Assembly: GCF_964204645.1 (NCBI RefSeq)
Contig: NC_134026.1
Coordinates: forward strand, 19,750,150-19,814,149
Source of the DNA: Tubulanus polymorphus
Taxonomy: Eukaryota; Animalia; Nemertea
DNA: 64,000 nt
Reading direction: 5' to 3'
Below the pieces are notes generated by a model. The model ran no database searches. It had not been told where the DNA came from and saw only the letters and a list, made by a program, of their open reading frames with translations. The position numbers and the translations under genes were made by a program. Below, piece after piece: positions 39,053-52,000 of the stretch (position 1 is its first letter; every line of letters starts with the position of its first letter).

Positions 39053-40015
39053 ATGACATCGTCAAACGGAACACAAGTTTCCGTCTTATTCACCTACTAT
39101 AAAGATTACTTCTTCGTCATCAAATACGGCGCGTTACCTATCGTCATACTGGGCAATATCGGCAACGTTTCGGCTCTTGTCGTTCTATCGACTTCGAAAT
39201 TCTATCGCAATTCTTCGACCGGTATTCTAATGATGTTCTTAGCGTTCTTTGATTTGCTCGACATAAATCTGGAGTTACTCGTGAAGAAATTCCTGCGCGT
39301 TGTCAATTGGCCGCAACAGTTTCCTCCCGACATACGAGCAGCGTCAAACGCGGCGTGTATTTCGCTGACATTTTTGAATAGGTTTACCGAACAAATTTCG
39401 TCGTGGATTATTGTCCTGTTGACGATTGAGAGATGCATATGCGTAGTACAACCGACGAAAGCCAAAACTATCTGGACTGTACGACGAGCGATGTACATCT
39501 TTTTTGTAGTCTCTATATTAGTCGGCGGCGTAAATTCTACCATATTTGCGGGAAACGTCAGTTTGATACTAGTCCGGGGTGAATATGAATGTCGTGCTCC
39601 AACAGCTGCTTGGCGAACATACTCCACCAAATACCGAGTATGGGTATCTGCAGCCACCTATTCGATACTGCCTTTTCTAGTCATAACCGCGTGTAATACG
39701 ATTATAATCGTACAACTGAATCGATCTCGCGCAGCGGCGATACAAATGAACAAAACGGCCAAAAATGACGATTCGCGTTACGACAACCTGACTCGTTTAC
39801 TGTTATCCGTTAATATCGTGTTCATCAGTACAACATTACCCTATCAAGCATCGCTTATAAACGTATCCATTCGTTCTCCTTCAACTTTCGGCATGTTCGT
39901 TTTATTGAAACACTCGAACCATGCCTTGAATTTTTTCATCTACTGCCTGGCCGGTTCGTATTTCAGAGCCCAATTTGTTGGTCTGATAAGCAGAGCATTT
40001 TTCTGTTTTCGGTGA
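39053..40015 (+). CDS. Class-A 7TM GPCR paralog 3, intronless CDS, 320 aa
   Basis: Same motif set as paralog 2 with long identical stretches; intact ATG to TGA. Confidence 0.9.
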   Translation: MTSSNGTQVSVLFTYYKDYFFVIKYGALPIVILGNIGNVSALVVLSTSKFYRNSSTGILMMFLAFFDLLDINLELLVKKFLRVVNWPQQFPPDIRAASNAACISLTFLNRFTEQISSWIIVLLTIERCICVVQPTKAKTIWTVRRAMYIFFVVSILVGGVNSTIFAGNVSLILVRGEYECRAPTAAWRTYSTKYRVWVSAATYSILPFLVITACNTIIIVQLNRSRAAAIQMNKTAKNDDSRYDNLTRLLLSVNIVFISTTLPYQASLINVSIRSPSTFGMFVLLKHSNHALNFFIYCLAGSYFRAQFVGLISRAFFCFR

Positions 40016-42370
40016 GATTTTTGTCAAGAACTATACCTCGGTTCAAAATGCTTAGGAGGCACGATCTAATTATTTCTAATTCGACCGCAAACATTTGTGT
40101 GTAGTAAATACATGTATATGAAAATGATAAGCTAGTTTCTCTCGGACGGCACGATTATTGGAAATCGCTAATGTATATTTGAGGACACTGTTTATGTTTT
40201 CAATCGAATCCATCGTGACTGCAAGATTTTTCCCTGGTCTTCGATATGTGTATATATATACGTAAGTTTACCGTATGTCTAGGAAAAAACCCAGAACGAA
40301 GCAGTTCGAGTAAATAATGAATATTGATTGGTGGCATTCTTAAAAGGAACACCGTGCACCCAACGACTCCCTAAGGCTTTCCTCACACAAGACACCGAAA
40401 TTCTCAAAATAAGATACATTTTAGTTGAACAACTGCGTGTACTTGAATCAAGCCGTTCCTTTCAGGTTTTCCTATGATGACGGGTGGAACCATGCTTTCT
40501 CTCTTCCAAATCATTCAATTTTAGAACCCATGATTTGATGATGCCCCATCGAAATACCTATACGTACAAGCATCGTGAATCAAAACAAGCGTCAACCCAC
40601 AATCATCTCCTAAATACAATAACCATGATTAGCGTGACGTCCTGACAGCTTTAGAAGGTGGTTATACAATATAAATTTGGTCCTAAATACAAACGATAAA
40701 ATGATTGGAAGAACGGCGATGAAGTATCGACCAAGGTGAAATTCAGGCTGCACACACTACCAACTCAAACAACAATCGCTAGGGATAGAATTCACTATCA
40801 ATGCAATGCACATGCTGCTAGATTTTTCCATCTATATTTTCCGTAGCTCTATGCCGCCGAATATAGAATAAAGAGACAAATAGACAACGACTAGCGAAAT
40901 CATTGGATATATATTATATTCATATATACGTATATTTGCATATATAGATCTATACGTGAGCATTTTTTTCTGAAAATGAGTTGTCGATAACCTATACATT
41001 ACATTAACAATCTGCCATTTATAAATAAATCAAATCTCATAATTTCACTTCATCAAAAAACGCAACTACGCATTCTATTTTACGGTACCCGGGAATGGGG
41101 TGTTTCAAAGACTGGGTATATGAAGGCGCGAGTTTATGAAGTTACGGTGCGACCGATAACGACTGGCTGAGGAGAAACCGATCGTAGCAGGGCTACAACT
41201 GCAAGCGGCTATACTGGGATAAGTGATGTAATCCATGGTGATAAATCATAGACATATGACATTTCGACATATTTCTTCTTATTGGAAACCAATATTCAAT
41301 TACTAGTAGGTTCAGGCTGGATGGAAGATTCAAATAAAAATTTCATCAAGTCAACCAACCACCCAACTTGCGCTTATCTGCAAAAAAATATAATGTTCAT
41401 TTCACCTGATCATGGCCAGGAGGAAGTCATCTCAATTCAAGTTGTAACCTTCAATTCAATTGCGGGTTTACTCGATTGATGATAGATTTGAAAAGTTCAG
41501 GAAGTTTAATTCATTGCCCAGTCTACAAATTCAGCCCCGGGACCTGAGGGAGCACGGCAAGACATTGTGGCTTCTCTAAATGAAGAAGATAGCATCTCAC
41601 CGTACTAACTAATGTATCACAATAAAGCTACAACAACGATAACAACGAATCAATATGAAAACTATAGTGAATAAACTAGATTTTTTAAAGAAAATAAATA
41701 GGCAGCTAAATTTAGACTTCAGGTCATTCATATAGGCCTAAAATAGAACCTTGAAATAGCAACATGACATGCGCGATATAAGGACATAACAAACATAATA
41801 TAAACTTCTAAATCAATGCACGATAGTGAATACAAGGAACTATAACATATTCTAGTCCCCTAAAGTGCATTCTAATGTGGTTCCATTGCACTACATGATC
41901 TTCTGTCGAAAAACTTCAGGGGTCAGTTTAAAAAACAGATAGGCGTCGAATTCGTAATCTCAGAAAAGGCTTGAAAATTTCTCAGTTTCATTTGTGGAAT
42001 CTCTCGAAAATAAATGAATAGAAAAACTCAAACCCTGGGCTTTATCTAGGAGTGCCACCATTAAACTGCCCCCCCCCCTTATATAAAATGATTGAAAAAA
42101 TAGTGTTCTTTGAGATTTTTTCAAAGAAAATGTATCAATTTTGATTCAATTAAGGCATTTACTTTGTTGGAGGTGGATTTTGTTTTACATTCAGATGTTT
42201 TCAATTTCAGAAGACACATTAAGGTAATCAGTAACAAGAAAATTTTGAATCAGTTACTATCGAAAATTTTACATTTTTGATGATGGTAGCAAAACCTTCA
42301 ACCAGGATGAGAGGCTGAATTCTCAGATGATTAGGGTTTTGAAATTAATTCCAAGTATTCAGCCTCTCTG

Positions 42371-42501
42371 GGTTCAGTTTCATGAAAAAGTTTAAAGTTT
42401 AAATCGGTTTAGTTTGAATTGTTGTCCTCATTAACAATTTGAAATAATCACTTGGCAATTAAACAAAAATTTTCAGTTAAAAGTTTTTATGAAACTAAAC
42501 C
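42371..42501. mobile_element. Harbinger-like hairpin MITE, CTG TSD
   Basis: ctg|ggttcagtttcatgaaaaa ... ttttatgaaactaaacc|ctg. Confidence 0.6.
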
Positions 42502-43022
42502 CTGGAAATAAACGATGAATTGAGGCATTCTCTCGAAAGTAAGACACCAAAGTTTCTAGATTAGAATAGATGGATTTTAAATTCATCTAAAAACTTTGCT
42601 CTGACAGTACACGTAACATTATTAGAGACCTTCCATACACAAGCGGATATGCTTTCATATACAGTTCGTAACCGTAAAAATTTAAACAGTTTCTCTATGT
42701 TTCCAGAACTTGTGACCGTTATACATATTCCAAGATCCAAAATATTCATTAACTTTTGAAAACGTAATGAAAGTGGGATATCTCAATGATTTGTATAGAG
42801 TTTACCAAGTAAAACAATTTGTTCGTCCAAAAATGTCTGAGTACGGTACTTGAGAAAAGTTGGATTAATGATATTATCATCAAAATAATAATATCAATGT
42901 TAAGTTGCTTTCATAGGCATATTACGAATAGTGCATTAGGATTATTGATTGAAATCTAACACCACAAAATTCGTATCCATAAACGTAAGCTTATGAAAGG
43001 TCTCTCTTATGGTTTAAACGGA

Positions 43023-46000
43023 CTACAATTTTTCGTTGCACGATTGCTTTAGTTGGTTCATGCTTTTCAGCCACGCGATGCAGTTTAAAGCTCCGAGTTC
43101 GTCGCCGTAAATCAAAGCCGTAGGAGTCATCATAACGTCGTAGTGAATCACGCTTGTCGGAACAGCCGCCGTAAAATAAACACCAACCTGAAAATTTGCA
43201 GAAGGTTTGCATTCAATTTCGTTCATAATACAGCAGTCCACTTAATCTGGATAATCAAGGAGTAATGAAGTTGATTTGAGTAACGAGCAGTCTTTTTTCA
43301 CATGATGTTATGTATGCGAACCACAAGTATAAAAATCAGATCAAAATACAGATTGAACTATTCCAAATTTCAAGTGGGTCTGATTCTATCAAGATATACA
43401 GGCCGTATAGTGTACAAATAGAATTTTTAGTAATAAGAATACAGTATAAACCTATGGATGAACTACTTTCTTTTAAGCCCAGTTTTAACTGAAACCTTGG
43501 GGTCAACTCAGTAAGCTAAAAGCTAATTCAACATTGGTTTTTCTTTTCAATTATAACTACAAGTTTGCTCTTAGACCACAGTTGAATCTCATTATCAAGA
43601 CCTCAAACAAAATTTAAAAAATTCAAAAGTAACATTTTGTCATATCAAGATTCTCAGAACATAACATAAATTTGTGTATACATATATATATATATACCTG
43701 CTTCCAATTGAAGGTCCAAACTTTGATAGTTTTGTCACGAGATGACGTTAATATAGTATCCATGTTGATAACAATTCCAGTCACTTCAGCTGAGTGTGCC
43801 TGCACCAAAAAAATACAATCAATTATCACTCTACGGATGCCTTAACTTACAAGCTACAATCATACTAGGGTTTTTGACCTCGCCTTGAATGACTTTGCCT
43901 GTATCTTATTTTCAAAAAATGGTGCTTGCCCATTTTTCTGGTGCATAGGCTCTTCCTACAAACTCTGGATAGATTTTTTCAAGATCTGCCTTTGATTGTT
44001 AAGCTATGAATATTTCATGAACATTTCCCTTGCAGCCCTTGTAGCAAATGCATTATACATTTGTAAATGGTCAGGCACCAGTTTCATCATCTATAGACCA
44101 GTCTATAGAAATGTTCCCAGGGATAAATTACCTTCACCGATTTGAGGATTTTCAAATTCTCCGAGGAGGTCACAGTCGTGACGCATCCACGCGTATCTCC
44201 GATCAGTAATTGTGTAGGATGTTCATCAGCTGCGGTGACTGCGGTGATGAAGTTTGCTTGGTCTTTCAAAGCACCGATATTCACAGTGGCTTTTATGTAC
44301 TCCGACAGCGCATGACCCTATCAGGAGAAAGCAAGAAGTGAGATATGCTGCAAAACTAAGATGATTTCTGAATCAGGGAGGACTAAAGTAAGTTTGCGGT
44401 AAAAGAAAAGCCAATAAGCAAGAGTTTAACGAGAGGAATCACCCCACTTACAATGCGATTTGCATGTATTTAATTGAGAATACCGAATTAATTGACAATA
44501 AAAACATCTGCACATTATTGTCAATTATATCCATGCTCTATTTATTCCTAGAAATCAAATCCGAATCGACTGGCCAAGACTCTACTGCCGATTTTTGGTG
44601 AGTATTCTTTAAGTTGGAATGTATATTAGTCACCTGTAGAATTAGATTTGGCTCCTTCACAAGAATGACCATCATTCAGATATCAAATATAGAGAAATCT
44701 GGATCCAGCTCCAATGTTACGGGTCAAAACTTGACTGCCGCATTGAAAATAAACTAAATCTGGATTTAGCAATTTAACGCTGCGTTTGTAACCATATTAC
44801 CATGCATACATACCTTTCTGACAGTCCAGTTCGGCTTAAATTTACAGTACATAAGCAAACTGACTGATGTCACGACAAAACCATATTCTAACGCGTAGAT
44901 TTTAGTGACTTGTGTCCCACGCTTCCTGAAATTTCCGACGAGAATAAGAAAACGCACAGAAACTATCTTTAGCAAAATGCAGATCCTCTGGTAATTGGCC
45001 CCCACTGCCACAATATATATGTATCAAATGTACTTACTTGAAGAACTCTTCAGACAAAATCAGTTCATTTCGCTGCAGGTCCCACGCCTGTACAAGTCCA
45101 GTGAGATATCCAATGTAGAGAATTTGCACTTTCCTTTTACTCTCCGAGTACATATTGGAGACGATAAATGTTATGGGACCAGATGGCTCGATTTGGGATG
45201 AAGTTTTGCTGAAAGTAATGTAGAAAAGTTACTTCTAATCAGGAAAGAATTTCAGAAAAGAACGAACTGAAGTTAGATAGCTTTCAATCAAGCTATCAAG
45301 TATGTGAAGCTCTATACCGGGGTATTATTTTCATTTCATTTTTTTCATGAAAGACTGGACAAACTGAGGGCTGGGAACAGCTTTAAATTCAACCCTGTTA
45401 AATGAAAGGCAAATGGTATACCTGATTTTTCCATCGTTTTTCAAAGCCCAAAACTTCAGAGAATTTCCATCCTCTTCAAGTGATGACGTTATGAATTTGT
45501 TATCCGGTTTACGCATGCTCATCGGGTCAACGAAGCTAATTCCAGTGATGACTTTACTGTGAGCCTAAATTTGAAGTACGGTATAACCTTGTTTGTTATT
45601 ATGACAATTTACCAGAAATCTGGTGAGAGTTTCATTTATAGATAACTAAGCACAAGTAAATCAACAACCAAAATCTTTTGCTTGAATGTTAATTTTTTTT
45701 CATTGTTTCATGCAACAACCGCATGGTTAAGTAGCAGTACAAGCATCAAATCAGGCTACGAGAAAAAGCAATATCATTATAACCAGGATAGGTATACGTT
45801 ACTACAGTAGCTACAATGCGAATGATTTATACCCAGAATGAAGAACTGAATCTAAAAAGGGTTTAAAGGGCTTTTTGCTGCATATGACGAGCTGGGCTCT
45901 ACATGAAAGTCGACATTTGATGTGTGTATGACGAGCTCAGCTCATCAATAAGTATTGTATAGCACTAGTCATCGCACATCCTTATGTACGCAAACCGGAC

Positions 46001-49000
46001 AACTCAGTTCTGATTTCTTCTGAAAGATGGCAAAACTTTCGCTAGTTGTTTCGGGTGGTTGGCCAGCTGGTTGGCGCCAGGTCATGGGCTCATTGCATGT
46101 GCTATGCTATCGCATTCCAATGGTGGTCGGAATTTTGAAATAATATTTCTAGCTACTCTCATCGAGGAAACATCATGATAAATAAGGCTCAATAAAAAAT
46201 AAATGGCTTTGTTTTAATTCAAAGTGCTTTAATTTATTTACCTGGGGACCACGATTCGACCATTTATGCAGCGAAAGGGTTAATTAAGGCTTGAGTAATA
46301 CATGACATGTACATATACACACCTGTAGGGTACATTTAACATCGAATGTCATCAATCCTGTTGGACTCGTCACAGCTTCGGTATGAACCTTCAGTTGACC
46401 ATCCCTTTATAATGAATGAAATCAGATAACAAACTCTAAGAAAGTGCGACATAAGTTATTTTTTGAATTAAGAATTGATCAGCTCACCGACTCCCGCTGA
46501 TAACATATTGTCCATAATCGAATGATTTGGCAATACTCGAAACTGCCGAATTGTGTACCGATATGTCACTGGCTCCAGATTTCAGATCAGGGGTCCAAAT
46601 TCGCACGGTCCTGTCGAGGGAACTGGTCACAACTTTACCGGACCGATTAGTAGCAACTGCCATGACTCGATCAGAGTGTCCATTCATACAAGACAATTCA
46701 TTTGGCTGAAATAAAAGTCCCATTCACATAAACCGGGTTCAAGTAATTCCAGCTTTAGCGAATGCGAGGGTTTTTTAATGCTAGACTTGGAGTATCCAAT
46801 ATAACCTCTTGGTTACATGGCCTATATCGCTACTTAAAAGCAAGAATATTGTAAGTGCAAAACAACTGCTTCTAATTCAAAAATTCTTCAATAAATCAGC
46901 CTTTGCTTTTTGGTTACTTTTAGTGCAATATTGACTGTATCCACAATATCCACAACCCTCTATATTGCCACATTTTAAACAATATTCAGATATCATTCCT
47001 TCGATGACCCACTTGCCAAAAATGCACTTAGATAATATGTCATGTTATGACAACTGCCACCACCGCAAGACCCATATGATGTACAGATTCCTAATTTCAT
47101 TGAGGAGAATTTGAATTGTTGCTAATCTGTGAATTTTTTTTTCAAAAAACATAGGCTGAAAAAGAAATTTACATCACTATGAAAATCAAAATTCATCATA
47201 CCTGCAGAGGCTTCCACAATTTAACTGTGCCGTCATCGGAACACGTAGCAACGATGACCGTTTCCACTTTCGATTGCGATTTTTCCGTTTTCACTTTTTT
47301 ATGCTTTTCTTCCCATTCGAAACTTTCGACGATATTACCCCACAACTCGTTTCGATCATCGCGAACGTCTGAAGGAATGGAAATTCATATGAAATACACG
47401 AGAATGCGAATCATTCGAATATACGTACAATTGATAACTGATATCAATCTGTGGCAATTCGTTTTTTAAAACTAACTACTCAATCAACGTGATTCTGTTA
47501 TATAAGAATCCTTTATTTTAACAAACAGGCTATAACCATACTGCTATAAACGAACTACACCGGCTAGATTTACGACTCTACTACGACAGTATACATATCA
47601 TTAAAATTAGGGATATAAATAAAGTGGGAAGATGTTGCACTAGCAATATGCTGGCCCGGGGTTCAAATACTGCTCTAATCCCCCCTTCAATACCAAAAAA
47701 ATCCTTTGAATTCAATTTATTCCTCAGACTTTAAAAAAAGACATCTTTCTAGTGTCGTGTTCCAGCTCTGACTTCCCGTAAAATATCATGCAAAATCCAC
47801 TCCCTCGTGACATTTTAGGACGTCAGAGCTACAAACTCTGATATCACGTGCAAGACCTCTATGGCGGCAGAGCTTCGACGTACAAGTTAGATAGTATAAA
47901 TGTCTACCTGGTTTTTGGTCAAGTTTGACGTGCATATCGCATCCGTTGACTCTCTGCGTGTGTCCATACAGCGTCGTAATAGCTGTTCCTTTATGTGACC
48001 ATATCTTAACCGAACCGTCGAAGCATCCCGATACAACGCAACCGTGCTGAAATGTGTAAAACATTCACTTCACATAATATAGTATGACATGGAACAAAGT
48101 TTTACAGAGCGACCGGCAATCAAGAATTTATAATTGTTGAGATAATTACCATTGGTGAATAATCTGAATTTTGATGTTTTTTGTTTTGCTTAGGTGCCAT
48201 AAGGTATGGTTAAAACCTTGGAGTTGCGTTAGCTATTACTCGACTGAGTAAACCCCACAGTTGCCGGTTCAAGGTTTGAATTTAGAGTTCAAACTAGTTC
48301 ATTTACAACCGAGTCCAAAACTGGTCTTAAATCTAAAAACTGTCTTTAAGTTGTTAGATTAGTTATGGAACTAAGATGGTCTTAGACTGGTCTCAGATCT
48401 AAGCCATGACTATGCAACTGGGCCCTGGGTTTAAGCATTAAGTTAAAACTACAGGTTAGATCCAGTCTCTCAAAAAATAAATGCCAGACAAGTATACCGA
48501 ATCATAGTTCAGCTATACACATGATGTATACACATACAATATTCATGATGTATGTAAGATGAAGCATTCATAACTCAAAATTCCAGTCATTACACGGTAT
48601 TACAGGTATGATAGGTATCAGGACAACTAGACTGACCTTATAAGCTACAGAGTTGATAGCGGACATGTGTCCGACCATTTTCACTTTTTCCTTCTGGTTC
48701 TTCAAATCCCAGACTTTAATGGTGAAATCATTGGAGCCAGTCGCCTACAAGTGCAAAAAATTACAACTTAATGTTTAGTATAGATCAATCGCATTGGGTG
48801 AAAGAATTTGAGAATCATTCCGTTTGATACAAACCACAAAATCAGCATCGTCAGAACAGGCGCAACTGTTGATCCAATCAGAATGGCAAGAGTCGATTGT
48901 ATTCTGAAGGCACCCAGTCGCGATATTCCAAATTTTCAATGACTATAAAAATTTGAGAAAAAATTGAAATAGAAAAATAAAAGATGTAATACGTAGGCCA

Positions 49001-52000
49001 AGTTAGTCAAAATTATGTTATAATAACAATGTTCAAATTCACGAAATTTCACAAAATGCAGGCGATCTTCTCTGATTCAACTTGAGAAAAAGAAGACTGG
49101 CAATCGTTCGAATCATCACAGAACCGGTAAGACCTCAATGAATTATGTACTCCCAAAAGGAAGCAAAATATCGCAGAAAAGAAAGTCTCACAAATTAATA
49201 AACTGAATAGGCCTAGACCATCTTGGTCATATGGTAACTAGAATTCTTTAAATATATTAGTAACAGAACAATACTTTTGAATGTGATCCATTTTGAATAT
49301 TCAAACTAATATCTTTACATAACAACTGTTCCAATAACATGCAACGTACTATTTTCGATTTTTCAGGCATATTTAACTGATTTTCATTTTGTCATTGGCA
49401 TACAATGTCACTGTCCAGCCTACTGCTGCAACTGCGTGAATGATACTTGTGGATGAACAAAGCTCAAATATAGTAGGATCCCCTTATTTAGAGAACTTGG
49501 AGAATTCAATTGATGTCCCCAAAAATGCTCAAATTGCATCCAAAGGCCGTAAAAGTTCTAAATCATCCGGGGGCGAACATCACACTCTCCTCCATGGAGC
49601 CGTGATACTAAACTTAGTAGGACTTAAGAACTGAGGCTGGATCCACCCCTGCTTGTTTATGCACCCCATGAACGTTTATGTACATGTACTTACCATATCT
49701 CTGCTTGATGTGACAATAGATGAACCATCAGACGACATGCTGATACCGGTAATACGACCTTCATGACCTCTCAGGGTCACAGATAAATTCAGTGCGACCT
49801 CATCAGAGTCACTACAATGAAAAACCGTCAGTACTAACTACGATAATCAAAAAAACAACTTCATCAATCCAAATCTTAAAACAATAAGTCACAGTTATAC
49901 GTAAATATACTGGACTGCCAGCTGACATGTCCACGGACTATTAAGAGTAGATCAAATTGAAATTTCAAGATTTGCTATTACCGGGTTATCTTGCGGCATT
50001 GATTTCACTCGTGACTGTATTCATCCCCTTATCAATACCTCATATTCATTCCAAAAAGTTCATATTCCGGGGTCATATTCCAGCAAAGATACCGGTAAGA
50101 ATTGGATCATTAACATTTGGATCCTAAGTAACTAAGCAAAGATTGCAACCAAACTGATACCTAGTAATTGTTAGAATTCCGGGTATTGCTACATAAGAAG
50201 TTTTCCCGACAGTCTTTTGGTTATGTTACTCATTACTTCGGACAAAATTTCTAGCTTTCGCAAGTCAACAGGTTAATTGATAAATTAGAGAAAATATTAG
50301 AGTAAATAAGTACTCACCTGAACAGCTCATCAAAGCCTGACTGTATGTAGACAATAGCCGTACAGTCATCAGAACCAGTGATTACATAAATATCATCGAC
50401 ATACATACAAGTGACTGCCTTATCATGGTCCCTTCTTTTGCAGATTGTTTCATTCGTGTTCGATAGTTGCATCACCTACAATTAACTCTAAGTTATAATC
50501 AGTTGGTTTCCGATGTTATTTCTGACCCTACAGTGAAATCTTCATCGAAAACGTTAGAACTGGATCATGGGTATTGATATTAAATGTATCTAAATGTGAC
50601 AACAATGTAATTATAAATTCATCTAGAAAGACACTCATGGACAGTAAGTAGCCTGATGTTGTAATACACCTCGATAAAGGAGGTACACCTTAAGCACAGG
50701 ATCAAGTTCTATAGTTCTTTGTTAAGATTTGACCTGGAGAAGACTGTCAAAGCAATGATAATGAGCTAACAGTAATAAAACTTAAGTCAACCTTAACGGC
50801 TGACTGGGAAACCGGGTCCTGGTCCGAATAATCTTTGCTTCACCAGGCACCACCAGTTAGTTTTATGGGCAAGGTTTAAATTAAACCCTCGGTTTAGCCC
50901 TCAACTATCAGGCAATTCAGTTACACCAGTATACGGTGTTCTTCATATGCTAGAATTTTAAAGGGGCTGCATTCATTGTTAAGTGTAAGACATCGTTGCT
51001 ACTGAAGAAGCAAGGCTTTCGATCCCCCAAAAATACAGGAAATCAAGCTTAATTTTGGTGTAATCTTCTATTTTTCACATTAGCTAAAATATATTTTGAA
51101 GGAATCATCAGCATTGATAGAATATTGACATCCACTCTGGTAGGGGCAACAGATATTCTATAAGGAATGGATGATTAGCAAAAGGGGTAAGATGTAAAAA
51201 TGAAAGCGGAGGCTGCCCATCTTAAACCTGTTGTAGAGAACACTGGTATACCCATTAAGTTTGAACTGGTCTATATGTTAGCGGTAAAATAAGGTTATAT
51301 ATAACACATTTATTACCATAACATATATCATTATAACACATGTAATAAACCAGCGCAAGTGTTTTCAGGTAACGGTACTCACGTTAATCCAACCATCGTC
51401 ACCACCCGAGAACATGCAATATCTAGCGTGAAGCTCGTATTTGTGAATCGAAATACAATTCACTCTCGATTCGTGAATCTTCGACTCAAACATCAGGTCA
51501 CAGTTGTTTAGATCTAAATGCATAGGAAAAGACATACAAAATAAACTATTTATTGTGGGGAAAAACTAACAGTTGATATAAACAGTGGCGAATCCAAGGG
51601 GGCCTAAGTCCCCTATTTTTGCCAAGAAAATATTTTCAAAACCCGGGCTCAGTTGCTCAAAGTAGGTGAGATCTAACCAGTGGATAGTGACATAAAGTTC
51701 ATTGTTACTATGGTATCTATTTTCCAGTTATATTTAACCAACTTTTGAGCAACTGGCCCCTGGCTTAAGAAAGTTACACATACAGTGGCAAATCATTGCC
51801 GGTCATTTTGTTCTAGACTCACTCTAGATGCTCAGAAAATGATCCCTTTTTCAAAATTTTCTTGTTAGCCCCAAAACCCCTTTAAGGACATTACATCGAT
51901 GGCGCTCACATTCATGTGCAAGTACATGTACACAACTAGGCCTCAGATCTTTAGACGGCAACCTATTCAAAATTCCTGGATCAGCCCTAGATAAATGTGG

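Noticed and set aside
45038-45208. Suspected frameshift in a TEP1 exon
   Set aside because: On re-reading, the exon is open (SKTSSQIEPSGPITFIV...LVQAWDLQ) and its phases match both neighbours.
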